A DNA stretch of 64,000 nt from a virus. The stretch spans positions 96,001 through 160,000 of IMG/VR virus record IMGVR_UViG_3300009008_000005. One strand, given 5' to 3'. The notes beneath the pieces are model-generated. The model was not told the DNA's origin, did not search any database, and saw only the letters and a program-made list of their open reading frames with translations. A program made the translations under genes and the position numbers. This document shows positions 8,646-16,741 of this stretch, piece by piece; the first letter of the stretch is position 1, and each line of letters begins with the position of its first letter.

Positions 8646-9164
8646 ATGGATCTGCACACAGAGCCGCATGTGATCGAGTACAAGGACGGCGTGGTGGCCA
8701 CGGCCACTCCCTGCCCGATTGATCCCACGGACGATACCCTCCCGAAGCTGATCGAGGCTTTGGGTGGTAAGGAGGCGTTCGACGCTCTCCCCGTCCTGGA
8801 CATCGGTGAGGAGACCGGCAGGACCGGCTACCTGGACTTCCTGAAGCCCGAGGACGTCACCGCCCCCATCATGCGGGGCGTGGACTCCGCAGACCGCCCC
8901 TTCGTGACCCTCCGCATGCAGCGGGAGTTCCGGGGTGAGATGCGGACCTGGGTCGAGTGCCTCTTCCGCCGCTACCGGACTGGTGGTGTCTGGGTCACCG
9001 GCGGAGGCCGGAGGATCCTGGCCATCGGGATGGTGAAGGACGAGGACCTCGCTTGGGTCTCCCGCCTCGTGCGAGGGGAGACTCCCGGGGAGCGCCGGTA
9101 CGGCTACGACGACGAGACGAAGAAGGACACCGTGACCGAACACCGGCCGGTCCATCTCGTCTAG
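8646..9164 (+). CDS. hypothetical protein, cassette between direct repeats
   Basis: 172 aa, strong GC3 bias, GGAGGT SD. Confidence 0.8.
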   Translation: MDLHTEPHVIEYKDGVVATATPCPIDPTDDTLPKLIEALGGKEAFDALPVLDIGEETGRTGYLDFLKPEDVTAPIMRGVDSADRPFVTLRMQREFRGEMRTWVECLFRRYRTGGVWVTGGGRRILAIGMVKDEDLAWVSRLVRGETPGERRYGYDDETKKDTVTEHRPVHLV

Positions 9165-9165
9165 T

Positions 9166-9260
9166 CAACTGGGGCCTTCGGGCCCCTTTTTACTATGCGT
9201 GCGAAAAATACCACACTTGCAGGGATAAGAATAGTGAACCCCAACCCATAACTGGAGGAA
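9166..9260 (+). repeat. ~95-bp direct repeat copy 2: terminator + ATAAG promoter + SD
   Basis: GGGGCCTTCGGGCCCCTTTTT...AAAAATACCACACTTGCAGGGATAAGAATAGTGAACCCCAACCCATAACTGGAGG. Confidence 0.85.
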
Positions 9261-9264
9261 TGCC

Positions 9265-9378
9265 ATGCCACGTGAATGTGCGTGCTGCGGGTGCGAGAGT
9301 GTCTCCATCAACTCCCCGTTCTGCGGGGAGCACGCTCAGAAGCAGGTCACCGCCCAGGTGCGGGAGATCAAGAAGTAG
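9265..9378 (+). CDS. 37-aa Cys-rich peptide (not in ORF track)
   Basis: MPRECACCGCESVSINSPFCGEHAQKQVTAQVREIKK*; sits at the same position after the repeat as the 8646 gene. Confidence 0.6.
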   Translation: MPRECACCGCESVSINSPFCGEHAQKQVTAQVREIKK

Positions 9379-9394
9379 GCGGCGCCGCCGAAAA

Positions 9395-9503
9395 GCCGCA
9401 GGAAGCCTCCAAGGACTTTGAATCTGCGGAGGAGTCGGAATGGCCCGAGGGTTGGTACCAGACCCGGAGGCAAAGCGGGTTCGACTCCCGCCCTGCGGCC
9501 CGA
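9395..9503 (+). ncRNA. tRNA-like RNA with non-canonical architecture
   Basis: 8-bp acceptor-like stem GCCGCAGG/CCTGCGGC stacked on T-arm GCGGG-TTCGACT-CCCGC; D-like and anticodon-like arms plus an extra hairpin; no encoded CCA. Confidence 0.6.
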
Positions 9504-9610
9504 TGTAGTGGACAACTCGACTTTGACAGGAGCGCACCATGCCGAGTGAGGACTGCTTCGGTTGCTCGTACGACTCGTAAGAACTGCTGTGTCTGGGGGG
9601 AGCAGTGGGG

Positions 9611-9636
9611 AGGAGGGCCGAAAGGCCCTCCTTTTT
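9611..9636. terminator. intrinsic terminator
   Basis: AGGAGGGCC-GAAA-GGCCCTCCT-TTTT between convergent units. Confidence 0.8.
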
Positions 9637-9638
9637 AC

Positions 9639-10190
9639 TTATGCGCTAAGGAACTTCTTGATCGCATTTACCACGTCACCCGATCCACCGATGTCTTCCA
9701 TGATTCGCTCATTGGAGTAGAAGACCTGCTCCTGCCCACTAGAACGTGCCTCACGTAGAAGGTCTGTGTACTTCGATGTCCCGAAGTGCTTCAGAGCCTC
9801 CTTCATGTCCTTCTGGCTCTTGTACCTACGGAGCCGTATACCGGCCTGGCGCTCTGTCTGGTAGAACCAGTGGGCAATCTCTGCGGAGAGCCTCTGGACG
9901 CCCCAGCGGAAGCCTATGGACGTCTTTAGGCCCTCGTCAGGGATGAAGGCCTTGCACTTTAGGCACTTCACATATGGCGTCTTCTTGTCCGGGCCCGGTA
10001 CAGTCTCGTAGTCCGGTGGAAGGATCGCATCGCATTGTGGACAGGCATAGAGCATGTACTCCATGTTCCCCGTCGAGTACCACAGCAGCATGAGGCCTGG
10101 GTATGGAGGGGCCTTCTTCTGCACGAGGAAGACCTCAATCACAAACCCAGGCTGATACTCCTGGAAGATCTGCTCAACGTCGTTAGGCAT
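9639..10190 (-). CDS. zinc-ribbon-containing hypothetical protein
   Basis: CPQC...CLKC; start MPNDV with GGAG SD. Confidence 0.75.
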   Translation of the reverse strand: MPNDVEQIFQEYQPGFVIEVFLVQKKAPPYPGLMLLWYSTGNMEYMLYACPQCDAILPPDYETVPGPDKKTPYVKCLKCKAFIPDEGLKTSIGFRWGVQRLSAEIAHWFYQTERQAGIRLRRYKSQKDMKEALKHFGTSKYTDLLREARSSGQEQVFYSNERIMEDIGGSGDVVNAIKKFLSA

Positions 10191-10192
10191 GC

Positions 10193-10435
10193 TTACTCCT
10201 CGATGGCGTCGAAGATCTTGGAGAGCGGTACTCCAACGGCCTTTGAAATCTTCCACAGTGTAAAGACACCTGTATTACCACCGACCCCTCGCTCGATCTT
10301 CGACAGGTGCACTGGGTGCATCCCCACCTTCGCAGATGCGGCGATCTGGCTGAGGCCTGCTCGTCTTCGTGCAATGAGGATTTGCTCCCCTATCGACTGC
10401 TGCAGCTTATGCTGATCCATGTGAATCTCCGTCAT
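10193..10435 (-). CDS. XRE/Cro-family HTH transcriptional regulator
   Basis: IGEQILIARRRAGLSQ..S.KVGMH..HLSKIERG...TLWKISKAVGVPLSKIF. Confidence 0.85.
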   Translation of the reverse strand: MTEIHMDQHKLQQSIGEQILIARRRAGLSQIAASAKVGMHPVHLSKIERGVGGNTGVFTLWKISKAVGVPLSKIFDAIEE

Positions 10436-10788
10436 CGGTTGCTCTCCAAAACTTGCCACGCCGAATACATGGACTTGCGGAAGTCATCAGCGGCCTTGAT
10501 GAGGTTGTCGGCATCAAAGCGCAGGTACCATCTTTCCCGGAGTCTGCCCTTACGCAGGTACAGCCTCTTGCATATGTGCAGGCTGTATCCTCGTAGGTCT
10601 GAGAGGAGTATCTCACAGATGTAGGTCCAGCGCTTTTCTGCCCGGGGATAGAGCTGGAACTCGAAGAAGCCTTCCCCGATGTAGCCAGAGTACACCTCCA
10701 CACCGAGGTCTCTAAAAGTGTATGATACACCAAGGAAAGCCCCCTCTACGTCATTCCGTACTGGCGGGGGTTTCCACTCGCTCCGCAT
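10432..10788 (-). CDS. hypothetical protein
   Basis: Operon packing; start uncertain (10788 or 10836). Confidence 0.65.
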   Translation of the reverse strand: MRSEWKPPPVRNDVEGAFLGVSYTFRDLGVEVYSGYIGEGFFEFQLYPRAEKRWTYICEILLSDLRGYSLHICKRLYLRKGRLRERWYLRFDADNLIKAADDFRKSMYSAWQVLESNR

Positions 10789-11347
10789 TCGGAACTCCCC
10801 CTTCGACTTGGAACCCATAAATCCCCTGCACGTCATTCATGCAGCACACGGAGTCGACAGCCATCCCGCAGAGAACCATACCTTTAGCCACGGCAGGTGT
10901 TTCCATGATCTGGCCACCTAGGAACGTCTCCTCTGAGTGCCTACCTATGTTCTTCAGGATGCTCTTGTCTTCTACGAACACGTGAGAGATCCGGAACCCT
11001 TGCTCTTCAGCATAGAGGACTGTCCTAAGGATCTTCTCGTGAAGCGTCATCTCGTTATCGACCATCCTGATGGGTACTAGCCTTAGAACCTCTTCGGGTG
11101 TGAATGTCTCCTCGACCCGCTCCTTGAAGTCCGGGTCACCAGGTCTCTGTAAGTGCTTTACCCTGATGGGACTGTTCGCCTCGAAAGCGATAGCGATCAC
11201 CAGGGGCTGCGAGAGCACACGTCGAAAAGCCCGTACAACAGCGTCCACTGTGGGCTTCTCTGGTAGCTCTACGTCTACCGTTAGAACCTTCGGCGTCATC
11301 AGCTCACTCTGGAGCCTCTTATCGCCTGTGTTCATAGTCCCCACCAT
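10751..11347 (-). CDS. hypothetical protein
   Basis: 198-aa ORF in operon. Confidence 0.7.
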   Translation of the reverse strand: MVGTMNTGDKRLQSELMTPKVLTVDVELPEKPTVDAVVRAFRRVLSQPLVIAIAFEANSPIRVKHLQRPGDPDFKERVEETFTPEEVLRLVPIRMVDNEMTLHEKILRTVLYAEEQGFRISHVFVEDKSILKNIGRHSEETFLGGQIMETPAVAKGMVLCGMAVDSVCCMNDVQGIYGFQVEGGVPNAERVETPASTE

Positions 11348-11675
11348 CCCTAAAGGCGTGTGCGTAGTAGGTCTTGGGCTCAGTCTCCCCTTGTAGGAGA
11401 GTCCACGCTTCCTCGATCTGTAGCATAGGGTCCGTTCTCAACAGGTTGGCTACACGTTCCCCTTGAGGCCGCATGCTCTCCGCATACTTACGCTCTAGAG
11501 GGATCGGGTACATCTGCGTACCGCAGAAGCAAGGGTCCTCTGGCGAGGCTACCTTACGCAGCCTGTAGCACACAGGACACCTCCACTCCACACGCTTCTC
11601 ACCGGACTCGAACCCGAATGCATCGGACTTAGAGAACCGGGAGAAGGCGTCACCTGTCTCCCAGAACTCTTTCAC
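11319..11675 (-). CDS. zinc-ribbon-containing hypothetical protein
   Basis: CPVC...CFC; GTGA overlap. Confidence 0.7.
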   Translation of the reverse strand: MKEFWETGDAFSRFSKSDAFGFESGEKRVEWRCPVCYRLRKVASPEDPCFCGTQMYPIPLERKYAESMRPQGERVANLLRTDPMLQIEEAWTLLQGETEPKTYYAHAFRDGGDYEHRR

Positions 11676-12070
11676 GGCTTGTGCAGCCCCAGCGGTGGAA
11701 TCCCATATCCATCAGAGAGCAGATTCCCGTCTGGGTCCCTAGCCTCCTCAATGGCGATCCCGTGCCTTACCTCTGCGACCTCTTTCGCCATGCGCTCCTG
11801 GAGCTGGTCCACTGCGCTTTGGACCGGGTCTTCTTCCTCTTCGAACGCATTCGGGTCCCGGTCGTACTCCTCGAAGTCCGGCTCTGCTGGTTCTTCAGGT
11901 GCTGTGCCAGCAGGGGCCATGAGAGAGTCGAGATGATGGAGCATCTCTTGGACGGTCTCAACAGCCGTTAGGATAGAGAATGTCATCCCACCGATGGTGA
12001 TGACTATTTCGCCGAAATAGTCGCCCTTCTCGGGGATGAAGGTGATGGATAGTTTCTCTAGAGTGATCAT
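11672..12070 (-). CDS. acidic hypothetical protein
   Basis: GGGAGGT SD. Confidence 0.75.
   Translation of the reverse strand: MITLEKLSITFIPEKGDYFGEIVITIGGMTFSILTAVETVQEMLHHLDSLMAPAGTAPEEPAEPDFEEYDRDPNAFEEEEDPVQSAVDQLQERMAKEVAEVRHGIAIEEARDPDGNLLSDGYGIPPLGLHKP
12005..12019. repeat. TATTTC-N3-GAAATA palindrome
   Basis: TATTTCGCCGAAATA inside a CDS. Confidence 0.8.
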
Positions 12071-12072
12071 CG

Positions 12073-12429
12073 CTAACCTCCCTTATTGGACCGCTCGTAC
12101 TCGATCTTTAGCTGCTTCCAAGCCTCTTCCTGGTCTGGAAGCTCTCCACTGCTTCCGGAGAAAGCCGCAGGGGTCAAGTGAACCTCAAGGTTACCGAGTT
12201 CCTTCAACGTGTCCTCCTTGAGCTTCTCGACCTCTTCCTCATTGCTCTCCGTGAACGGGAGACGTGCTGCCACGTACTCCTTCAACATCTCCCTAGCAGC
12301 CTGCTCATTACCGAGAGCAGCCTCCATGAGGAGGGTAGTCTTGAGCACCTCAGAGCGCTCCTCCCTCTGCACCACGCCCAGCATCATGCTCTCTTGGATC
12401 GAGCCCGCCGGAGGGGTATGAGGATACAT
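12073..12429 (-). CDS. probable -1 frameshift extension of 12471..13046 (GT-like part)
   Basis: No SD before ATG; the frame stays open upstream to the slippery site as KKWVSSPGGWWRLRLWRSMYP. Confidence 0.6.
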   Translation of the reverse strand: MYPHTPPAGSIQESMMLGVVQREERSEVLKTTLLMEAALGNEQAAREMLKEYVAARLPFTESNEEEVEKLKEDTLKELGNLEVHLTPAAFSGSSGELPDQEEAWKQLKIEYERSNKGG

Positions 12430-12470
12430 GGAGCGCCAGAGCCGGAGACGCCACCACCCTCCCGGCGAGC

Positions 12471-13046
12471 TTACCCATTTTTTACTTCACCGAGCATGTA
12501 CATCTCGTGCGCACGGTTCAGGAACCACCCGTACTGCAGGAAGACATGCCCTAGCGCCGTCATAGGCATCGAACGCCGGAGGAGACGCAGCTTTGCGAAG
12601 ACACTGTCGTCATCAATGACGTCGGTCTCCTTGTCCACAATGATCTGAGGCAGTGGGAACTCCTTACCGCCTACATGCAACTCCACGATCCCGAAGGTCA
12701 GCTGGAAGTTCCTGTAGCGAGAGTTCACGTACGCCTGTGCCTTACCCATGGAAGATGACAGGTGCTCATTGACCCACTCCTCTTCCTCACCGTTCATGGT
12801 CTGGAAGACCACACGGATCTGCTTGGAGGCAACGACATCCTGCTTGATGTGGCCGTTGATGAGGTCTCCGAAGTCGAAGGAGACATTCTTGTCCGCCTCC
12901 TTCTTCTCCTCCTCAATCTTCTTGGCGGCACCAAGGTCTACATCAGATCCAAGGCCCAGGACAGATAGCGCCTTTGCGATCTCTTCCGGATCCTCCTCAC
13001 GGGGGACGTCCTTCGGGGGTACTTTGGCTTTATCTTCGCCAGCCAT
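12471..13046 (-). CDS. putative tail assembly chaperone (G-like)
   Basis: GGAGGA SD; inferred from the frameshift-linked two-ORF architecture only. Confidence 0.5.
   Translation of the reverse strand: MAGEDKAKVPPKDVPREEDPEEIAKALSVLGLGSDVDLGAAKKIEEEKKEADKNVSFDFGDLINGHIKQDVVASKQIRVVFQTMNGEEEEWVNEHLSSSMGKAQAYVNSRYRNFQLTFGIVELHVGGKEFPLPQIIVDKETDVIDDDSVFAKLRLLRRSMPMTALGHVFLQYGWFLNRAHEMYMLGEVKNG
12477..12483 (-). promoter_or_regulatory. putative -1 ribosomal slippery heptamer A AAA AAT
   Basis: GTA AAA AAT GGG TAA, followed by a GCCGG(G)AG...CTCCGGC hairpin. Confidence 0.5.
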
Positions 13047-13549
13047 TAGTCCTCCTCCCCTTCACGCATCTTACGGGCCTGCTCCAGCTTGTGCCTCACA
13101 GAGGAGACCAGCCACTTCGACGGGGTGTCGAGGGTAAGGTCGCTCGTGGGGATCAGGAAGAGGTTCCCGTTAGGGAATACGACCGCCATACGGCGCTTCG
13201 GCTTTGCATCACCCTCCGTGAAGGTGAGCATCATCCACTTTGCCTCTTCGAGGTGAATCAGCTCGTTCCGCCCGAAGCCCTCTTCTTCGAACTTCACGGC
13301 ATCCATGTTCTTGGGATCTACGACCTTAGCCATCTTGCTCTCCTTTCTGCGTGCACATGCAGCGCAGTAGTCCAACGTAATACAAACCGCTACGTCTAAC
13401 GGTTCTTGCAGCCCAATGTCCGTAATGACGCTGGGGTGCTGACAGTACCGCTCCCTCCGTTCGATGTCTCCCCCGAAGATGCAATCGACTTCCGACCTCT
13501 TGATCGGCGGTAGGGAACGATTGCTTCTTTTGGCGGGCGGAGCTTCCAC
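13046..13549 (-). CDS. hypothetical protein (second SD-led in-frame start at 13333)
   Basis: GGAGGT-GTG at 13549; AAAGGAG-ATG at 13333. Confidence 0.7.
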   Translation of the reverse strand: MEAPPAKRSNRSLPPIKRSEVDCIFGGDIERRERYCQHPSVITDIGLQEPLDVAVCITLDYCAACARRKESKMAKVVDPKNMDAVKFEEEGFGRNELIHLEEAKWMMLTFTEGDAKPKRRMAVVFPNGNLFLIPTSDLTLDTPSKWLVSSVRHKLEQARKMREGEED

Positions 13550-13572
13550 GTGCTACCTCCACAACAGCGCAT

Positions 13573-14253
13573 TCATTCACCCTTTTCCTCTCTGTACAAT
13601 TCCCACGTACACAAAGCCTCAACCGGCTGTGAAGTGGGATTTTCGACAACCACTGTGTACTTCCCTGCGTCTAGCCTAGTCCGCAACTCGTGGGCTCCAA
13701 TAGAAGCACCATGCCGCTCCCCGGACTTGTAGGCCTCGAATCCCTCAGCACCTCCATGGATGCATCGAAGCTGTAAGAAAGGAGGATGGGCCATCACGGA
13801 TATGCTGAAGTCTACGGGATGGTCAATCACCCACACTACAGCATTTCCCTCCGTGGGCACCTCCACGGAGACCTCATCCGAAGCGAAGAGCTTACTCACG
13901 GGGCCCGGTACCATGCTCTTGGGCCCTACGACGATGAAGTTCCCTCGCTCAGAGCCTCTCATAGCGACCTTGTCCGAGACCCTTCGCATAGAGGCGATGG
14001 AGAACAGTGCGGCGTTGTAGGTGTTCACACTACAATCCCCACCAAGTTGCATGAGGAACGTCCGTTCGTCATCCACGACCATATCGAGTATTTCGCCGAA
14101 ATAGTCTAGGATGGACTGGTCGAGGTTCTCCATGTCAGTCCATAAAGACTGAAAGGCCTCCCCCGATATTTCCGTCCCCAGGAAGGCTTTCTTCACCTCG
14201 AACGTCCCCAACTCCTCCTTCACGAACGCCACTTTCCTCTCTGTCTGTTCCAT
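13573..14253 (-). CDS. two-domain hypothetical protein with C-terminal beta-sandwich-like part
   Basis: AAGGAG SD; C-terminal AGKYTVVVENPTSQPV. Confidence 0.7.
   Translation of the reverse strand: MEQTERKVAFVKEELGTFEVKKAFLGTEISGEAFQSLWTDMENLDQSILDYFGEILDMVVDDERTFLMQLGGDCSVNTYNAALFSIASMRRVSDKVAMRGSERGNFIVVGPKSMVPGPVSKLFASDEVSVEVPTEGNAVVWVIDHPVDFSISVMAHPPFLQLRCIHGGAEGFEAYKSGERHGASIGAHELRTRLDAGKYTVVVENPTSQPVEALCTWELYREEKGE
14089..14103. repeat. TATTTC-N3-GAAATA palindrome
   Basis: TATTTCGCCGAAATA inside a CDS. Confidence 0.8.
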
Positions 14254-14713
14254 CCCTTCTCCTTCGGATGCGTTCCAGTCTAGACATATCTGAGCCTGGA
14301 AGGTTACTTATGTCATAGCCGCCTGAGGCTGTCTCTTTGATGTCTTCACGCTGGGCCTGCCTACGAGCCCAGCCTCGCACGATGTACCCAAGGCAGAACA
14401 TCTTGGCCTCTGCGGGGGACAAGTGCTGGATGAGGTCTGCGTCCACTCCGCATTGTGTCATGCTTCTAGTGACGGACTGCTTCATAGGAAGCGTCCACTC
14501 ATCGTCCATGGCCCTCTCTATGGCCTGGATCTGCTCTGCGGTGAACGTCTCGGGTATCTCAATGATGGGCATCTGATCTATGGCCTCCTCGACGTACTGC
14601 ATGAATAGATCGTCCTCTACAGCCCTGATCTCCTCTGCGGCATCGTCTGTTATGTCGGCCCATAGGTCATCCCTCTCAGCCCTGTAGAAGGTCTTAAACA
14701 GCTCGTCAGTCAA
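14135..14713 (-). CDS. acidic hypothetical protein with SRLERIRRRR motif
   Basis: 3' end overlaps the next gene by 119 nt. Confidence 0.65.
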   Translation of the reverse strand: MTDELFKTFYRAERDDLWADITDDAAEEIRAVEDDLFMQYVEEAIDQMPIIEIPETFTAEQIQAIERAMDDEWTLPMKQSVTRSMTQCGVDADLIQHLSPAEAKMFCLGYIVRGWARRQAQREDIKETASGGYDISNLPGSDMSRLERIRRRRDGTDREESGVREGGVGDVRGEESLPGDGNIGGGLSVFMD

Positions 14714-14960
14714 TAGGGATCCTCATGCCTTCACTTACCTTATCCCACGAGCCATCCGCACCCCTGTCCACGAATCTATGGTCAGGATCATCAGGGGACA
14801 GAGTCGAACCGAACACGGCGGTCCACACCCTCTCCCTAATCTCCTTCGACTCCAGGAGCCTCTGCGCATACTTCAGAGACCTGTGATTCATGTTGTCCTT
14901 GAGGAGTGAGGCAATCATCTGAATTCCCAGTTCCTCTAGCGCTTCCGTGTCTAGGGTCAT
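14706..14960 (-). CDS. hypothetical protein
   Basis: AGGAGG SD; ATGA overlap. Confidence 0.7.
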   Translation of the reverse strand: MTLDTEALEELGIQMIASLLKDNMNHRSLKYAQRLLESKEIRERVWTAVFGSTLSPDDPDHRFVDRGADGSWDKVSEGMRIPID

Positions 14961-15310
14961 TGTTTCCTCCTACTCTTCAGGCGCTCTAAACGGCTACCTG
15001 TCGGCTTGTCGACGAACTGGTCTTCGATTACCTTCGTGTAGGTTCCCTTATTGAGCATCTCAGAGCCCCAGCCCCTCACAAGAAATCCGACAATAAAGGC
15101 CTGTAGCTGCTTTAGGTTCCCACGAAAGTGGTGGAGGACATTCTCTTCGATACTGTTCGCATCTAATGCATCCATGCAAAGGACTAAGAGCTTGTCGTAG
15201 TCCTTGCACTCCATGATCTTCTCGACCAAGGGGAGTCTCAGGTGATGAGGAGTCAGCTTAGACACCTTTCTTTTAGGTGCAGGCCCACTCCAGGCATCCA
15301 TTCTAGCCAC
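14957..15310 (-). CDS. hypothetical protein ending GSRLERLKSRRKQ
   Basis: Operon packing. Confidence 0.7.
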   Translation of the reverse strand: MARMDAWSGPAPKRKVSKLTPHHLRLPLVEKIMECKDYDKLLVLCMDALDANSIEENVLHHFRGNLKQLQAFIVGFLVRGWGSEMLNKGTYTKVIEDQFVDKPTGSRLERLKSRRKQ

Positions 15311-15534
15311 TACTGCGTGTCCTCATCCCATTCGGTGATAGCCGCCATGAGGTTAGGGTTAAAGATCATGGCCTGGCACAGAGTACTCTCTACCGGACCG
15401 TGTCTATTCGTGGCCTTTACCTGGAGAGGTGTCCCATGCGGGTCGTAGCCCTGGTCCATGGACTTACTCACTAGCTCCGCTAGATGCTTCGGCCCTCTCC
15501 CTTCGAGGAGTATATAGGCTTGTTTACGCTTCAT
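15310..15534 (-). CDS. DUF1737-like small protein
   Basis: YILLEG...LAELVSKSMDQGYDPHGTP...LCQAM pattern; GGAG SD. Confidence 0.5.
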   Translation of the reverse strand: MKRKQAYILLEGRGPKHLAELVSKSMDQGYDPHGTPLQVKATNRHGPVESTLCQAMIFNPNLMAAITEWDEDTQ

Positions 15535-15618
15535 CTTGCTTCTCCTGCAATCGTTCAACTAGCACACCAATGCACTCTGGGCAGACATCCGTACGGGACT
15601 TCCTGGTACGAAGGATCA

Positions 15619-15831
15619 TCAGTGTACACCCTTCAGCGTAGCCCGAATCTCGTCTAGGCGCTCTAGGAGGATACGGTCCGCCTCTTCGGCGAGGTCTCCA
15701 TCATCACATTCGAAGATGGTGGAGATTCCCAGATTCGTCTGGAGCCGCCATTTCCCTCCAAAGGGACACAGCGTAACGGTGTCGTTACCCAGCTTACGCT
15801 GAAAGACGTCTCCTTCCTTTGTCCAGCTCAC
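15619..15831 (-). CDS. hypothetical protein
   Basis: GGAGGT SD; GTGA overlap. Confidence 0.7.
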   Translation of the reverse strand: MSWTKEGDVFQRKLGNDTVTLCPFGGKWRLQTNLGISTIFECDDGDLAEEADRILLERLDEIRATLKGVH

Positions 15832-16136
15832 GGAGTCCCACCTTCCATCTTCAGCTGGCCGAACTTGCGGGCTAGGGCCTTGTCCATGTCGACCCCAATG
15901 CGTCCCCCGATCTCAAGGGTTAGAACCATGATGGAGGCCAAAGTGTCCTCAGCGTCTGTCATTGGGGAGTCTTTCATCCGCTGGGGGCTAGCCATACATG
16001 CGTAGAGCCTCGAAGTCCTCTGTACGAGTCTCATGCAGGCATGTGCAGGAGTTTCGATGGTCTTCCACCATCCCTTACTGTGACAGAGGACCTTTATCTC
16101 CTCTGCCCAGCCTTGCAACGTAGCCGGATTAGGCAT
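15828..16136 (-). CDS. MazG-like (dimeric NTP pyrophosphatase fold) protein, acidic catalytic motifs degenerate
   Basis: TLQGWAEEIKVLCHSKGWW ... EDTLASIMVLTLEIGGRIGVDMDKALARKF. Confidence 0.55.
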   Translation of the reverse strand: MPNPATLQGWAEEIKVLCHSKGWWKTIETPAHACMRLVQRTSRLYACMASPQRMKDSPMTDAEDTLASIMVLTLEIGGRIGVDMDKALARKFGQLKMEGGTP

Positions 16137-16329
16137 CTGTAATCTCCTTGATCTCCTCTGAGGTGTGTCCACGGAGAGATGTTCGCTCATCGTCCGTAAG
16201 CTTGTCCCATATGCTATCGAGTTCGTCGGCTATGGAGTCCCCTTCCTCTTCGTAGTTACCTGCGTAGGCACTCTCCATCGCCTTCACACCCGCCAGATAG
16301 TTCTTCATGTGCTTGGAGGGGCTAGTCAT
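16129..16329 (-). CDS. small acidic hypothetical protein
   Basis: Overlaps both neighbours. Confidence 0.6.
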   Translation of the reverse strand: MTSPSKHMKNYLAGVKAMESAYAGNYEEEGDSIADELDSIWDKLTDDERTSLRGHTSEEIKEITDA

Positions 16330-16741
16330 CGGTCTTGGCCTTATCCAACTCGATCGCCTTGCCGATGGTCTTGGCCTTCTCTTCCATCTCACGCTGCTTT
16401 TGGAGGTACTCTTCCTTCTTTAGGAGGTCTTCATCGGTCGGGTTCGCATTGGGGCCCATGAGGATGAGCCTGGAGGGCTCTGAGAATCTCACGTCCACGA
16501 TCCCTTCCATCCCACGGAGCCGTAGAATGCCGATGATGGCCGCAGAGAGGGCCCCAAGGGACAAAATCTTCTTCCCCACGATGATTTTGGTGTACTTACC
16601 GTTGATACAAGAGTCCACCATGGCTGAGACGAGGCTCACGAACTCGGAGTCCGCTGCTACGATCTCTTCCCAACCCCTCTGGAACTCCTCTTGGTCGATG
16701 ATGTTGACCGAAAGGTTGTCCGTAATGCTCCCCACGTTCAT
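16322..16741 (-). CDS. hypothetical protein
   Basis: ATGA overlap. Confidence 0.7.
   Translation of the reverse strand: MNVGSITDNLSVNIIDQEEFQRGWEEIVAADSEFVSLVSAMVDSCINGKYTKIIVGKKILSLGALSAAIIGILRLRGMEGIVDVRFSEPSRLILMGPNANPTDEDLLKKEEYLQKQREMEEKAKTIGKAIELDKAKTDD

Noticed and set aside
11595-11620. T-arm-like CGGGTTCGAGTCCG on the minus strand (similar ones at about 18470 and 50560)
   Set aside because: Inside protein-coding frames, with no acceptor stem or D/anticodon arms.
4110-15310. Explaining the basic C-terminal motif purely as SD sequences (AGG AGG = RR)
   Set aside because: This accounts for RR in three or four cases only. It cannot produce GSRLxRL, and copies at 785, 28022 and 37886 are not coupled to a downstream SD.
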